DNA of 64,000 nt, taken from Squalus acanthias. Lineage: Eukaryota. Below, piece after piece: positions 25,631 through 37,388 of the stretch. Location of the stretch: contig CM059432.1 in the NCBI GenBank assembly GCA_030390025.1, positions 105,588,001-105,652,000 on the forward strand, given 5' to 3'. The stretch's first letter is position 1. Each line of letters starts with the position of its first letter. The notes under the pieces are model-generated. The model worked only from the letters and a program-made list of their open reading frames with translations. It was not told the origin of the DNA and did no database searches. The position numbers were made by a program, and so were the translations under genes.

Positions 25631-26399
25631 ATATTATATATATTATATAAGAGAGGGAGCACTGCTGGATCTAGTAATGAGAAAGGATCCAGAACAGATA
25701 AGCGAAGTAAGTGTTGGGGAACAGCTTGGCAAGAGCGATCACAGTAAAATAAGGTTTAAGATAAAGATTGAGAAGGACATAAGTAAGACAAAGACTAAAT
25801 TAATAAATTGGAAAAATGCTGATTTTAAGGGGATGAGAATGGAACTATGGAAAGTAAACTGGAAAAAATTACTGACCAACATAGAAACAGAATAACAGTG
25901 GGAAACATTTAAAACAGTGATCAATAGAGTCCAGGAGAAATATATCCCACTAAAAAGTAAGAAGAAACTAGCCAGTAATGACACACCATGGATGAACAGA
26001 GAAATAAGGGCAACATTGAAACTAGAGATAAAAGCATGCAATAAGTATACAGACAACAAAGCAGATGATGACAAAAGGGAATACAAAAAGGTTAGGAAAG
26101 AAGTCAACACAACAATATAGAAGGCAAAGAGAAACTACAAAATTAAATTATCAAGGAATATAAAAAGAAATATTGAAGTATTCTACAGACACATAAATAA
26201 CAAAAGAAAAATCAAGATAGGTATAGGGCCACTAAGGGATACACATGAGAAACTCACAGGTAATGACAGCGAAATGGCAGAAGTGTAAAATAATTACTTT
26301 GCCTTGGTATTTGCCAGGGAAACTAATATGGTGGACATGACATTAGGAGAGAGAGATCAAAAAAGATATAAAGACATTGCATATTGAAATAAGATATCT

Positions 26400-26800
26400 G
26401 AGACTCTTTAATACAGCAATGTACGGCAAACTGGCTGACCCCAGAGATGTTTCCTGCACTTGACTGAAAGGATGCTGTAGCTTAAAGGTTGTGGTAAGTT
26501 TCAGTGTCACTGGTAATGCAGTGGGAATGGTGGACTGAACCTGCAGATCTTGTGATATTAGATGGTAAAGGTCAGTAACGGAATCCCTGCTGATGTGGAG
26601 CCTCCTCAGGCACTGATCGTCTATGAGGCCCATGTCATGATACACCCACCCTGTGGGGTACAGCAAGGTCCTGTTGCTCTGCCTCCCATATCCTCTGACC
26701 TCCCAGGTTGTCTGCTCCTCCAACACATCTGCTGGTGTTGCACTGGATGTTGCATCCATACTGTTGCACACACAAAAAGTTGCTCCAACAGTAGTTGTGT
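26400..26800 (-). pseudogene. Decayed Harbinger transposase 5' fragment
   Basis: DDQCLRRLHISRDSVTDLYHLISQDLQ...TALPVTLKLTTT, homologous to 28720-28880. Confidence 0.65.
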
Positions 26801-27194
26801 GACTGCCTTCTTCCCTTGTGGGCTCTACTGGCCCCTCTGCTGCTCCAACACTAGTTTTTATTGGGTATAATAATACATGCAATGTACATAGGAAGTCTAG
26901 GGCTATTGAATTTTGCAGAAGATTCCCTTAATTAGCTTTTAACAAGGCCTTAACAAACTCTGGGAATCTCCATTATTGTTTTTAATCCCTTTTGAGTATC
27001 AAAGGAATTTTACAATTGCTGGAAGCGGATGAATACTTTGTTCAAGCAAAATTTTCAAATTCCTCCAGGCTAATGCACAAATTGTCGTTGAAATAAATGT
27101 AGTGAATGGAATAATATCTCTCCCTAAAGTTGTTAACCTATGACCAAGCACAACGAGGTTGCTTTGAGTGATGTACGCAAAAAATAAAAGGAAC

Positions 27195-27525
27195 GCTCTG
27201 GGACTCAGCAGGAGCAGAAGGACATAGGCTCTGTATCAAGGCGAGATGCACTGCAGCAACTCATCAAGGCTTTTTCAGCAGCGCCTCCCAAACCCGCGAC
27301 CTCTACCACCTAGAAGGACAAGGACAGCAGGTGCATGGGAACACCACCACCTCCAAGTTCCCCTCCAAGTCCCTCCCTAACTGTACTGTGGGAGTACCTT
27401 CACCACACGGACTGCAGCAATTCAAGAAGGCAGCTCATCACCACCTTCTCAAGGGCAACTAGGGATGGGCAATAAATGCTGGCCTTGCCAGCAACGCCCA
27501 CATCCCAGGAACGAATATAAAAAAA
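27195..27525 (+). mobile_element. Non-LTR retrotransposon 3' tail
   Basis: ttcaagaaggcagctcatcaccaccttctcaagggcaactagggatgggcaataaatg...A-rich tail. Confidence 0.7.
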
Positions 27526-28540
27526 CCCACAGGTGGACGATGACATTGGTCTGAGCAAGGCCTACAGGCGGCATTAACAACAACGGTTCATTTGTAGCTT
27601 CTTATGAGAACAACATTCAGATACAGATCAAATGTAAACAAAACAAATGAGATTCGTGGAAATAACAGCCGCAATCAGAAGTAAATGACAAAAAAAAATT
27701 AGGAATCAGTATGAGGAAAGTCAAAAGGAGAAATAAAAATACAGAAATGAGAAAATGAGCACAGGAGAAAATTATTCAGTTCTGCAGGTGATGTTGTTTA
27801 CACAACTGAGTAGATGGAGGCACAAAGTTCTGGAAAAAAATATTATTTTTGAATAGTTTGTCTAAGATCTAATTATTTCTTTTCGCTTGGTAGTGACATT
27901 ACAAAATTCGTGCAAATCAGCTGAGAACTAGACCCGACCTAGAACTAAAAGGATCAGTTTACTTCTGCGATCACTGTTTAGTGAGAACTCAGTCTTTCAT
28001 AATCATATAACTGACCTCTTAAATAAAATTTGCCATAAATCATAATCATTTGGGTGTTTAACACCACCCGTTACCGCCATGATATGCTGAAGAAACAGCA
28101 GCTGCCGCTCTTCCGTCAGCTGGTGGCAGGTCTTGCGGCGGCCGCCATTTTGTGAGGGCCAGTAGCGCTACGATAAAAGCGATAGCTGAAGCAATTTAAA
28201 TTAATGAGATTGTGACGTCAGTGAGTGTGCAACGCTCACTTGATGCCTGATCTGCAGCACTGGATTTCGCCGTTTAACTTACCGGCATGTTTTAACAATG
28301 ACAGATAGAGCAAGCGTTCACAAGCAGGAAGGAGGCTCCAGCAGTGGTATTTAAAGGGATCATCAGCAATCACTTGCACCTGACATGTTTGTTAAGTTTG
28401 AGGCTCTGTGCAACTTTCTGCAACTCCACCAGCTTTATTAACTTCATTCCAGGTTCTAAGGCAACAGGAAGTGTTGTTGCAAGTGCAGAATGCCTTCATT
28501 ATTTTTTAAAGGCTTCTGCTCACAACACTTGCTCACTGTC

Positions 28541-29829
28541 ATGGGTGCTGTACTGGCAGTCAACCTCATGCTTCAGGATCTTCGGCAGAGGGAGCGGAGG
28601 CAGCAAGGAAGACGGGAGCATGCACACAGAGGGTGGAGGAGAAGGGCCAGGAGAGCACTCAACAGGAGGCCTTACCCACCTAGGGTCTTCCGACAGCACT
28701 TCTCCTCCCTCCACTTAAGTGAGGAGCAGTGTATCAGGAGCTTACGTTTCATCGAGGAGGTGGTCACAGACCTCTGCCACCTCTTGCAACCAGACCTGCA
28801 GCCTGAGAGCAGGACGACCACGGCTCTCCCAGTGGCAGTCAAGGTCACCGTGGCCTTCAATTTCTTCACCAGCGGATCCTTCTAGTCTGCAGCAGGAGGC
28901 ATAGCTAACATCTCACAGTTCGCCGTCCATCGCTGCATCCGAGAGGTAACTGAGGCTCTCTACACCAAAAGAAGGGACTAGGTTGTCTTCTCTCTCAGCA
29001 GAGAAAAGCAGCACAAGCGCGCATGTGGCTCTGCCAGGAGAGTGAGCTTCCCCATGGTGCAGGGCGCCATCGGCTGCACACTCGTGCCTTTGTGGGCGCC
29101 GCATAACAATCCTGAGATTCTCCGTAACCGCAAAGGCTACTACTCACTTAATGTGCAGTTGGTGTGCAACCACGCACAGTGATTCCTCAACGTCTATGGC
29201 CACTATCCTAGCAGCAGCCATGATGCCTTCATCCTGTGTCAGTCCGGTGTGCCAGCAATCTTCCAGCCACCACAGCAAACCCGAGGGTGGCTGCTTGGAG
29301 ACAATGACTATTCGCTCTCCACCTGGCTCATGACTCCTCTCCACAACCCCAACACTCGAGCCAGTCCACCATCACTCAGCTCTTCGCACCTCCACACAGT
29401 CTTTCTGGCTGGTTGCTTGGAGACAAGGGCTATCCACCTTTGAGGAGGCCAACAAACGAGGCTGAGGAACATTACAATCAAAGCCACATCTCCACCAGAA
29501 GTGTCACTGAGCAGACAATAGGGTTCCTCAAAATGTGCTTCAGATGCTTGGACAGATCTGGAGGAGCCCTTCAGTACGCACCAGCCAGGGTCTCCAGAAT
29601 CATCGTGGTCTGCTGCGCGCTGCACAACATAGCACAGCAGCGAGGATTAGCGTTGCATGAAGAAGAAGGCGCAGAACGCACAGGCTCTTCAGAGGAGGAG
29701 GAGCAGCATGAGTTTGAAGACGAGAATGAGGAATACCTGGAGGAGCCGCTGGTCGAAATGCCACCAGCACGAGCCCACATTGCTGCCCGTGAGGCCAGGG
29801 ATGGTCTCATCATTGCCAGATTTAGTTAA
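28541..29829 (+). pseudogene. HARBI1-like DDE transposase pseudogene
   Basis: [50 protein letters not shown] and [23 protein letters not shown] motifs, with several stops. Confidence 0.88.
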
Positions 29830-30507
29830 CTTTACGCAGCACAGCCATGTGGCTGCCACATGCGTTCGCATGTTGGCATCACCCTATAGCAACACCATAA
29901 ACCATTCCTACAATGACCAGTCCATTCTTTTCATTGCTGGAGCGTGAATTAGCCCTGACCGTTCGCTCTGCCACTTCCAATTGTGCACACATATTTGGCA
30001 ACGACCGCGAAGTTTCCAAGATAAATTATTTAATACAAAAAAATGATTGAACATAAACTTCAAAATAACATTTCAGAAAACACCCAAGTGACTACCCTGG
30101 TGACTATTTGTGTGGCATCTTTCTTTTCCGAGTGCTTCCCTGTGGCTTCAGCACTTCCCTGCTGCGCCTGCTTAGATGCCTTTGGCGGTCGTCCTCTGGG
30201 CTTTGGAGCCTTTGAGGGCCCCGCCAAAGTCTGCTTCTCCTGCGACTGTGCAGGGGCAGACTAGGCCATCGCTGTCTGGGGAGGCATCTGGGGCTCTGGT
30301 TGGCAAGGGGGGAGAAGTGTGAGCGCTTGGAGAGGAGCCCCCACTTCCATGTCCCCTCCCATCATCATCCCTCTCATGGGCCACCCGCACTTCTCTGCTA
30401 GCAAGTAGCTGGAGAGTACCTTGCTGCACATCAGTGGGGCCATGAGGATTCACGTCTATACTGACATCCTTCCTAGACAGGAGGTCTATGGGCCTCTGGT
30501 TTCTACC

Positions 30508-30570
30508 CTCCATAGATGCCCATCTATGCTCCATAGATGCCCATCTATCCTCCATAGATGACCATCTATT
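30508..30570 (-). repeat. 21-bp coding tandem repeat x3
   Basis: ctccatagatg(c/a)ccatctat repeated; encodes RWSSMED/RWASMEH/RWASMEG. Confidence 0.8.
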
Positions 30571-31415
30571 TTGAATAGAAACCATGTGGTCATGCGACTG
30601 GTGCATTATGTCCTCCATGCAGGTGGCCATCCTGTCCATGGAGGAACCTACAGTCACGAGTGCGTGCGCCACGGTGGTGCTCATGTTGGAGATGGACTCC
30701 TTCATTCTCTGCACACTCGCAGTCACCGCGATTGCAAAACCTGTCAGAACCTCCTGCACTCGTTCCTGCAGCTCCAGGATCACCCTCTTCATGGATGGCC
30801 CCCGAGGCTCAGCATCTGCATACAGCTGAGCAGAGTTAGGTGAGTTCTGCGCCCTCCAACGAGGAATCTCCACTGCTGTCGCTGTCTCCACCATCTGCTC
30901 TTGCTCACCTGTGCTGTATGAGACATCAGGTGACAACACTGCTCTATCTCGCGACGGAGCCACCGAGGTGAGCGTATCTGCTCTGGTGCTGGCTTGCCTT
31001 GTCTGAGGTGACGCTGCGCCCTCAGAGGCTGGAGGCTCCTCTGAGGAGTCCACTCGCTCTTTATCCTCGATAGTGGGGAGGGCTCTTGATGGACCTGTGG
31101 GAGAGTAAAGAGATCAGTTAGATATATGATATGTCGAATGCATACAGATGCCATTATGCACATGATAAGCATTCAATGTCTCTTGACATCAGCCCCCATA
31201 TGAGTGACTGATGAATGCCATGTAGCTGTATGGAAACTGATTCTGTCACCAGGTTGTTGTGATGAGCCCCTCTCCCCGTCGCCCACTTCCGGCTGGTCCA
31301 CCACTCCACTGATATCAAGGGCTGCCTCCTCTGCACCCATCAGAATAGCCAACGATTGAGGTCCTCTTCCCGTTCTCTCCCTCTCCCTCTTGTTGCGGGC
31401 TCTCTTTTCCTGTAA

Positions 31416-31810
31416 ACATAGAAACATAGAAAATAGGTGCAGGAGTAGACCATTCGGTCCTTCGAGCCTGCACCGCCATTCAATGCGTTCATGGCTGAAC
31501 ATGCTACCTCAGTACCCCATTCCTGCTTTCTCGCCATACCCCTTGATCCCCCTAGTTGTGAGTATTATATCTAACTCCCTTTTGAATATATTTAGCGAAC
31601 TGGCCTCAACAACCTTCTGTGGTAGAGAATTCCACAGATTCACCACTCTCTGGGTGAAGAAGTTCCTCCTCATCTCAGTCTTAAATGGCTTCCCCTTTAT
31701 CCTTAGACTGTGACCCCTGGTTTTAGTTTTCCCTAACATTGGAAACATTCTGCCCACATCTAATTTGTCTAAACCAGTCAGGATTTTAAACGTCTCTATA
31801 AGATCCCCCC
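31416..31810 (-). mobile_element. CR1 3' fragment with 8-bp TSD
   Basis: MFPMLGKTKTRGHSLRIKG...GIKGYGEKAG; (ttctatgt)2 tail; tcctgtaa at 31408-31415 and 31811-31818. Confidence 0.88.
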
Positions 31811-33016
31811 TCCTGTAAGGAGGGAAAGAAGAGAAAGTTGAGTGAGAGTGATGGAATGAGTGTAAGGAATGGACAGGTTACATGTTTAGAGGGAGACAAT
31901 GATGGAGTGGGGTGCCAATATCAAGTTGCCTCCTTGTGTGTTGTTAGTTGGTATCATTGCTTTAGGATGAGGGTGAGTGTGAGGGGTGCTTAGTAAGATG
32001 GGGATGTGATAATGTAGATAGATAGAGAGGGATGGGTGAGGTTGCAAGGGATGTTGGTTTGAGTAAGGATGTGCAGGAGTAGGGTTGGGAATGCAGAGTA
32101 ATGGGGATGTGATGAGAGGCACAGCAGCATGAAGGTAAGTGTGGCTTTATACTCACTTTTCCTGATCTTAGAAGATCATTAAAATGCTTGCGGCACTGCA
32201 CCCAGGTACACATCACCACTGACCTGCTGGTGACCTCCTCCGCTATCTGCAGCCAGGCTGCCTTGGTCTCCTGGGGAGGTCTCTTCCGCCCACTGGCAGG
32301 GAAGAGAACCTCTCTAGGTGCTCTGAATCCCTCCACAAGCACATGGAGGGAGTCATCGCAGAAGCGACGAGCAGCCCTCTGCCTTTGAGAAGTTATGGTC
32401 ATAAAAGTGAAAGATTGTGTGCACCCTAAAGACTACAAAAGCAAAGTGACAGTAAATGGGGCCATGGCCCCTTTAAATATACTGGCAAGAAACGCGTCAT
32501 CGATGATGTCACCAGACCTGCACCTTTTAATTGGGCCGGGTAACGCACAGGGCGGGCTTAACAAGGCCCATTAACGCAAGATCTCTTTTTACAGCAGGAT
32601 GAAGACAGCAACAGCCTCATGGCCTGCCACCTACCTCTCCCACCACGTACCCGCCCAGGTAGGGAAAATCGTGGCCTATATTACATCATCTGAAAATGCT
32701 TTACAAAAAATTTTCAAAAATCCTACCTGTTATCACCATGTTGCACATGTAGAGGCGCCACTTACATTTATTTTCCTTTTCCTTTATCGACATGACTAAA
32801 AGACAGATATAATTGTCAAAAAGGAAAACATCCTTGTAATCTCCTGTCAAATATTAACGACATAGGAACCAATGACCAAATGACCTCATTGCCCGCGAGG
32901 AAAAAATCCCATAGTAATATGTTAAGCTCGGCAATAATTAACAAATTTAAATGCTCTACAAGGAAATATTAACAAATTCCTAGGCTCCGTGATCCAGTGA
33001 AGATTACACTGAACTG

Positions 33017-33258
33017 GCAGAGGCCAGTGTCGGGAGCGGAGAGAGCAGCAGCACAGTGAGTATTTAAACTCACTTTCGCGGGCTTTTTTTGCAGAGGCCA
33101 GTGTCGGGAGCGGAGAGAGCAGCAGCACAGTGAGTAGTTAAACTCACTTTCGCGGGCTTTTTTTGCAGAGGCCAGTGTCGGGAGCGGAGAGAGCAGCAGC
33201 ACAGTGAGTAGTTAAACTCACTTTCGCGGGCTTTTTTTGCAGAGGCCAGTGTCGGGAG
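33017..33258 (+). repeat. 74-bp tandem repeat (3 copies + partial) at the CR1 5' end
   Basis: Units start at 33017, 33091, 33165 and 33239; one mismatch among the full copies. Confidence 0.92.
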
Positions 33259-33711
33259 AGACGAGACCGGAAGCGGACCAGGTGGGAAGCACCCAGGTGA
33301 ACAGCATTTAAGGAGGGTGGTGGCTTAAACCCGAGTTCCTACAGAGTAGGAACCCCCACCCGCCCTCCTCCTCTAACCTACTAGTCTTTTAGCAGTCTAA
33401 AAACAGAGGTCACAAATTTTTTGGTCTCAGTTTCTTTTCAGCAGGGCAGGAACCGGGAGGAGCGGGAAGTCGGCGTAGGACCAAGGGGACACAAGTCCGG
33501 GAAGTCAGCGGAAGACCAGGGAGGTAAGACTAACTGGTAAGTACTTTCCTCAAACCTTCCTAGAAAATAAAACTAAAACTAGTGGGATTTGGTTAGTTTA
33601 AAAAGGAATAAGAGGAGTACAGTATACATTGGTCTAAGTAAGCTTCGGGAAAACAAAAGTCAATAAATAAACTAAAACTAGAAAATTAAAAAGTAATATA
33701 AGGGTTAAGTC

Positions 33712-34659
33712 ATGGCAGTAGAGCTCGGACCTGTGTCATGCTCCTCCTGTAACATGTGGGAAATCAGGGACGCTTCCTGTGTCCCTGACAACCATGTGTG
33801 CGGGAAGTGTGTCCAGCTGCAGCTCATGTGGGACCGCATGACGGCCCTTGAGCTGCGGATGGACTCACTTTGGAGCATCCACGATTCTGAGAGGGTTGTG
33901 GATAACACATTTAGTGAGTTGGTCACACCGCAGGTTAAGGCCAGCGTAGATAGTACATGGGTGACCAAAAGGCAGAGCAAGGGCAGGAAGGTAGTGCAGA
34001 AATCCCCTGGGGTTGTCTCCCTTAGCAACAGGTTCACCGCCTTAGGTGCTGTTGTCGGGGGGGATGACTCATCGGGGGAAGGCACCAGCAGCCAGGCTCA
34101 TGGCACCATGACTGGCTCTGTTGCAAAGAAGGGAGGGAAAAAGAGTGGCAGGGCTATAGTAATAGGGGATTCGATTGTAAGGGGAATAGATAGGGGTTTC
34201 TGTGGTCGCGACCGAGACTCCAGGATGGTATGTTGCCTCCCTGGTGCAAGGGTCAAGGATGTCTCGGTGCGGGTGCAGAACATTCTGGAGGGGGAGGGGG
34301 AACAGCCAGTTGTCGTGATACATGTTGGTACCAACGACGTAGCTAAAAAAAGGGAAGAGGTCCTACAAGTAGAATTTAGGGAGTTAGGAGCCAAGCTAAA
34401 AAGTAGGACCTCGAAGGTAGTAATCTCTGGATTACTACCAGTGCCACGTGCTAGTAAGAGTACAGAGAACAGGATAGTTAGGCTAAATACGTGGCTTGAG
34501 CATTGGTGTAAGAGGGAGGGTTTTAAATTTTTGAGGCATTGGAACCAGTTTTGTGGTAGGTGTGACCTATACAAAAGGGACGGTCTACACCTGTGCAAAG
34601 ATGGAACTGATGTTCTCGGGGTAATTTTTGATAAAGCAGTTCGGGAGCATTTAAACTAG
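33712..34659 (+). CDS. CR1 ORF1p: CxxC..CxxC zinc finger, coiled coil, SGNH/GDSL esterase
   Basis: 315-aa open frame with CSSCNMW..CGKC, IVIGDSIVR, CLPGA, HVGTND and RDGLHL. Confidence 0.9.
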   Translation: MAVELGPVSCSSCNMWEIRDASCVPDNHVCGKCVQLQLMWDRMTALELRMDSLWSIHDSERVVDNTFSELVTPQVKASVDSTWVTKRQSKGRKVVQKSPGVVSLSNRFTALGAVVGGDDSSGEGTSSQAHGTMTGSVAKKGGKKSGRAIVIGDSIVRGIDRGFCGRDRDSRMVCCLPGARVKDVSVRVQNILEGEGEQPVVVIHVGTNDVAKKREEVLQVEFRELGAKLKSRTSKVVISGLLPVPRASKSTENRIVRLNTWLEHWCKREGFKFLRHWNQFCGRCDLYKRDGLHLCKDGTDVLGVIFDKAVREHLN

Positions 34660-37388
34660 TATGGCAGGGGGCTAGAAACCTATGTAGTGAAATAGAGGAA
34701 AGTGAAAGGCAGACAGAAATAAATGGTAAAAGGGTGAGGAACAAAAAACAAAGGGCCAAACTAATTCATAAAAAATGTGAGCATAAAAAAAGCCTGAGGG
34801 TTTTATACCTTAATGCGAGAAGCATCAGGAACAAGGTAGATGAATTAGCTGTGGAAATAGAGGTTAATAATTATGATCTAATTGGGATTACGGAAACATG
34901 GTTGCAGGGTGAGCAGGGCTGGGAGCTTAACATACAGGGGTATTCAGTATTTAGGAAGGATCGACAAAAAAGAAAGGGAGGAGGGGTAGCATTGCTGGTA
35001 AAAGAAGGGATAAATGCAATTGAAAGGAAGGATATTAACTCAGTTAATACAGAATCTATATGGGTGGAGCTAAGAAATAACGAGGGGCGAAAAACATTAA
35101 TAGGAGTGGTATATAGGCCTCCAAATAGTAAAATAGAGGTTGGGGAGGGCATCACGAGGGAAATTAGAGAAGCGTGCAATAAGAGCACAGCTGTCATCAT
35201 AGGTGACTTTAACTTACATATAGATTGGAATAGCCTAATCAGTAAAAATAATGAGGAGGAGGAATTCCTTGAGTGTTTAAGGGATGGTTATCTGGATCAA
35301 TATGTCGAGGAACCAACTCGGGAACAGGCTATATTGGACTGGGTACTGTGCAATGAGAAGGGACTAATTAGTAATCTTGTTGTACGGGGACCCTTGGGTC
35401 AGAGCGATCATAACATGATCAATTTCTCACTCGAAATGGAGAGCGAAGAAATTGACTCAGATACTAAGGTCCTGAATTTAAACAAGGGGAATTATGATGC
35501 CATTAGACGGGAACTGAGTAGGTCTGATTGGACAACGTTCCTGGGAGGACTGGAGGTAGATAAACAATGGCAAGCATTTAAAGATAGAATGACAAAATTG
35601 CAAAAATTGTTCATACCAATCTGGCATAAAAGGAAATCTAAAAAGGTGACTCAACCGTGGATAACAGGGGAAATTAGAGACAGCATAAAATCCAAAGATA
35701 GGGCGTATAAAATAGCCAAAAAAAGCGCCAGAGCGGAAGATTGGGAACAGTTTAAGATAGAGCAAAGGAGGACAAAGGGCTTAATCAAGAGGGGCAAAAT
35801 AGCTTACGAAAGCAAGCTGGCGGAAAATATAAAAACTAACTCCAAAAGCTTTTATAAGTATATCAAGAGGAAAAGACTGGTGAAAACCAAAGTTGGCCCA
35901 TTGCAGTCAGATACGGGGGAATATATAACGGGAAATAAGGAAATGGCAGACCAACTAAATGCATACTTTGGGTCAGTCTTTACGAAGGAAGACACAAAAA
36001 ACCTCCCTGGGATATCGGGAAAAATAGGGACATTTGCAAAGGAGGAACTGACGCAAATCAATATCTCTAAGGATATGGTGTTAAGGAAGCTAAAGGGATT
36101 GAAGGCGGACAAATCCCCAGGGCCTGATAACATGCATCCTAGGGTGCTGAAGGAGGTGGCCCTAGAGATAGCGGATGCACTAAGTATGATTTTTCAGAAT
36201 TCATTAGACTCGGGAACAGTGCCCATGGATTGGAGGGTAGCTAACGTTACCCCACTATTCAAAAAGGGGGGTAGGGAAAAAGCAGGTAATTACAGACCTG
36301 TAAGCCTTACATCAGTTGTGGGCAAAATGCTGGAGTCCATCATTAAGGATGAAATAGCGGAGCACTTAGCAAATGGGGACAGGATAGGACAGAGTCAACA
36401 TGGATTTACAAAGGGTAAATCGTGCTTGACTAATCTATTGGAATTTTTTGAGGGAGTAACTGGTAAAATAGATGGGGGAGAGCCAGTAGATGTGGTGTAC
36501 CTGGACTTCCAAAAGGTCTTCGATAAGGTCCCACATAAAAGATTAGCAGGGAAAATTGAAGCTCATGGGATAAAGGGGAAAGTATTGACGTGGATAGAGA
36601 ACTGGCTGTCAGATAGAAAACAGAGAGTTGGAATAAACGGCTCATTTTCTGAATGGCAGGCAGTAACAAGTGGGGTACCGCAGGGATCTGTCCTGGGTCC
36701 CCAGCTTTTCACAATTTACATTAATGACCTGGATCAGGGAGTCGGATGCAGCATTTCCAAATTTGCAGACGACACTAAACTAGGAGGGGGGGTGGGCTCA
36801 GAGGAGGAGACCAGGAAGCTCCAGAGCGATTTGGACAGACTGGGTGATTGGGCGGATAAATGGCAGATGCACTATAATGTGGACAAGTGCGAAGTTATCC
36901 ACCTTGGGTGCAGGAACGGGAGGGCAAATTATTATTTAAATGGCAATAAATTGGGAGAGGGGGAAGTACAGAGAGACCTGGGTGTTCTTGTACACCAGTC
37001 ACTGAAGGCGAGCATGCAGGTGCAACAGGCGGTCAAGAAGGCAAACGGTATGCTGGCCTTCATAGCAAAAGGGTTGGAATACAGGAACAGGGATACCTTG
37101 CTGCAGCTGTACAGGGCACTGGTGAGACCACACCTCGAGTACTGTGTACAGTTTTTTCGCCTCATCTGAGGAAAGATGTTCTTGCCATGGAGGGGGTGCA
37201 GCGGCGATTCACCAGGCTGATACCAGGAATGGCGGGATTGACCTATGAGGAGAGACTATGTAGTTTAGGGATGTACACACTGGAGTTTAGAAGATTGAGA
37301 GGGGACCTCATAGAAGTGTATAAAATTCTGACAGGTCTAGACAGACTAGATGCAGAAGGAATGTTTCCCTTGGCGGGTGAGAACTCAA
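34635..37388 (+). CDS. CR1 ORF2p: AP endonuclease + reverse transcriptase (frameshift ~37155, 3' truncated)
   Basis: YLNARS, ITETW, GDFN and SDH; KSPGPD, NYRPVSLTS, YLDFQKVFD, GVPQGS and KFADDTKL. The frame is open from 34635 and has no ATG until 35415. Confidence 0.9.

Larger units (their letters stand above)
21930..26395 (+). mobile_element. Old CR1 ORF2 fragment hosting nested insertions
   Basis: NKTGELEAIIRSEE|LDVLRITETWL split at 22127/23524; resumes LLDLVM..EQLGKSDH..PWMNREI at ~25650. Confidence 0.75.
30104..32402 (-). pseudogene. Harbinger Myb/SANT-like DNA-binding protein gene, 3 exons (32157-32402, 31250-31409, 30104-31094)
   Basis: RFCDDSLHVLVEG...W.QIAEEV...TWVQCRKHFNDL trihelix/SANT motif; GT-AG sites at the same positions and phases as the 54758 copy; frameshift near 30260. 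Confidence 0.82.
28060..32676. mobile_element. Harbinger/PIF transposon (chimeric, degenerate): transposase (+) and Myb/SANT gene (-), convergent
   Basis: Right TIR-like end gggaaaatcgtggcc; left end not resolved. Both genes are homologous to those of 54480-58699. Confidence 0.85.

Noticed and set aside
33017..33258. CRISPR-like array
   Set aside because: Units are head-to-tail with no unique spacers, there are no cas genes, and the context is a eukaryotic LINE 5' end.
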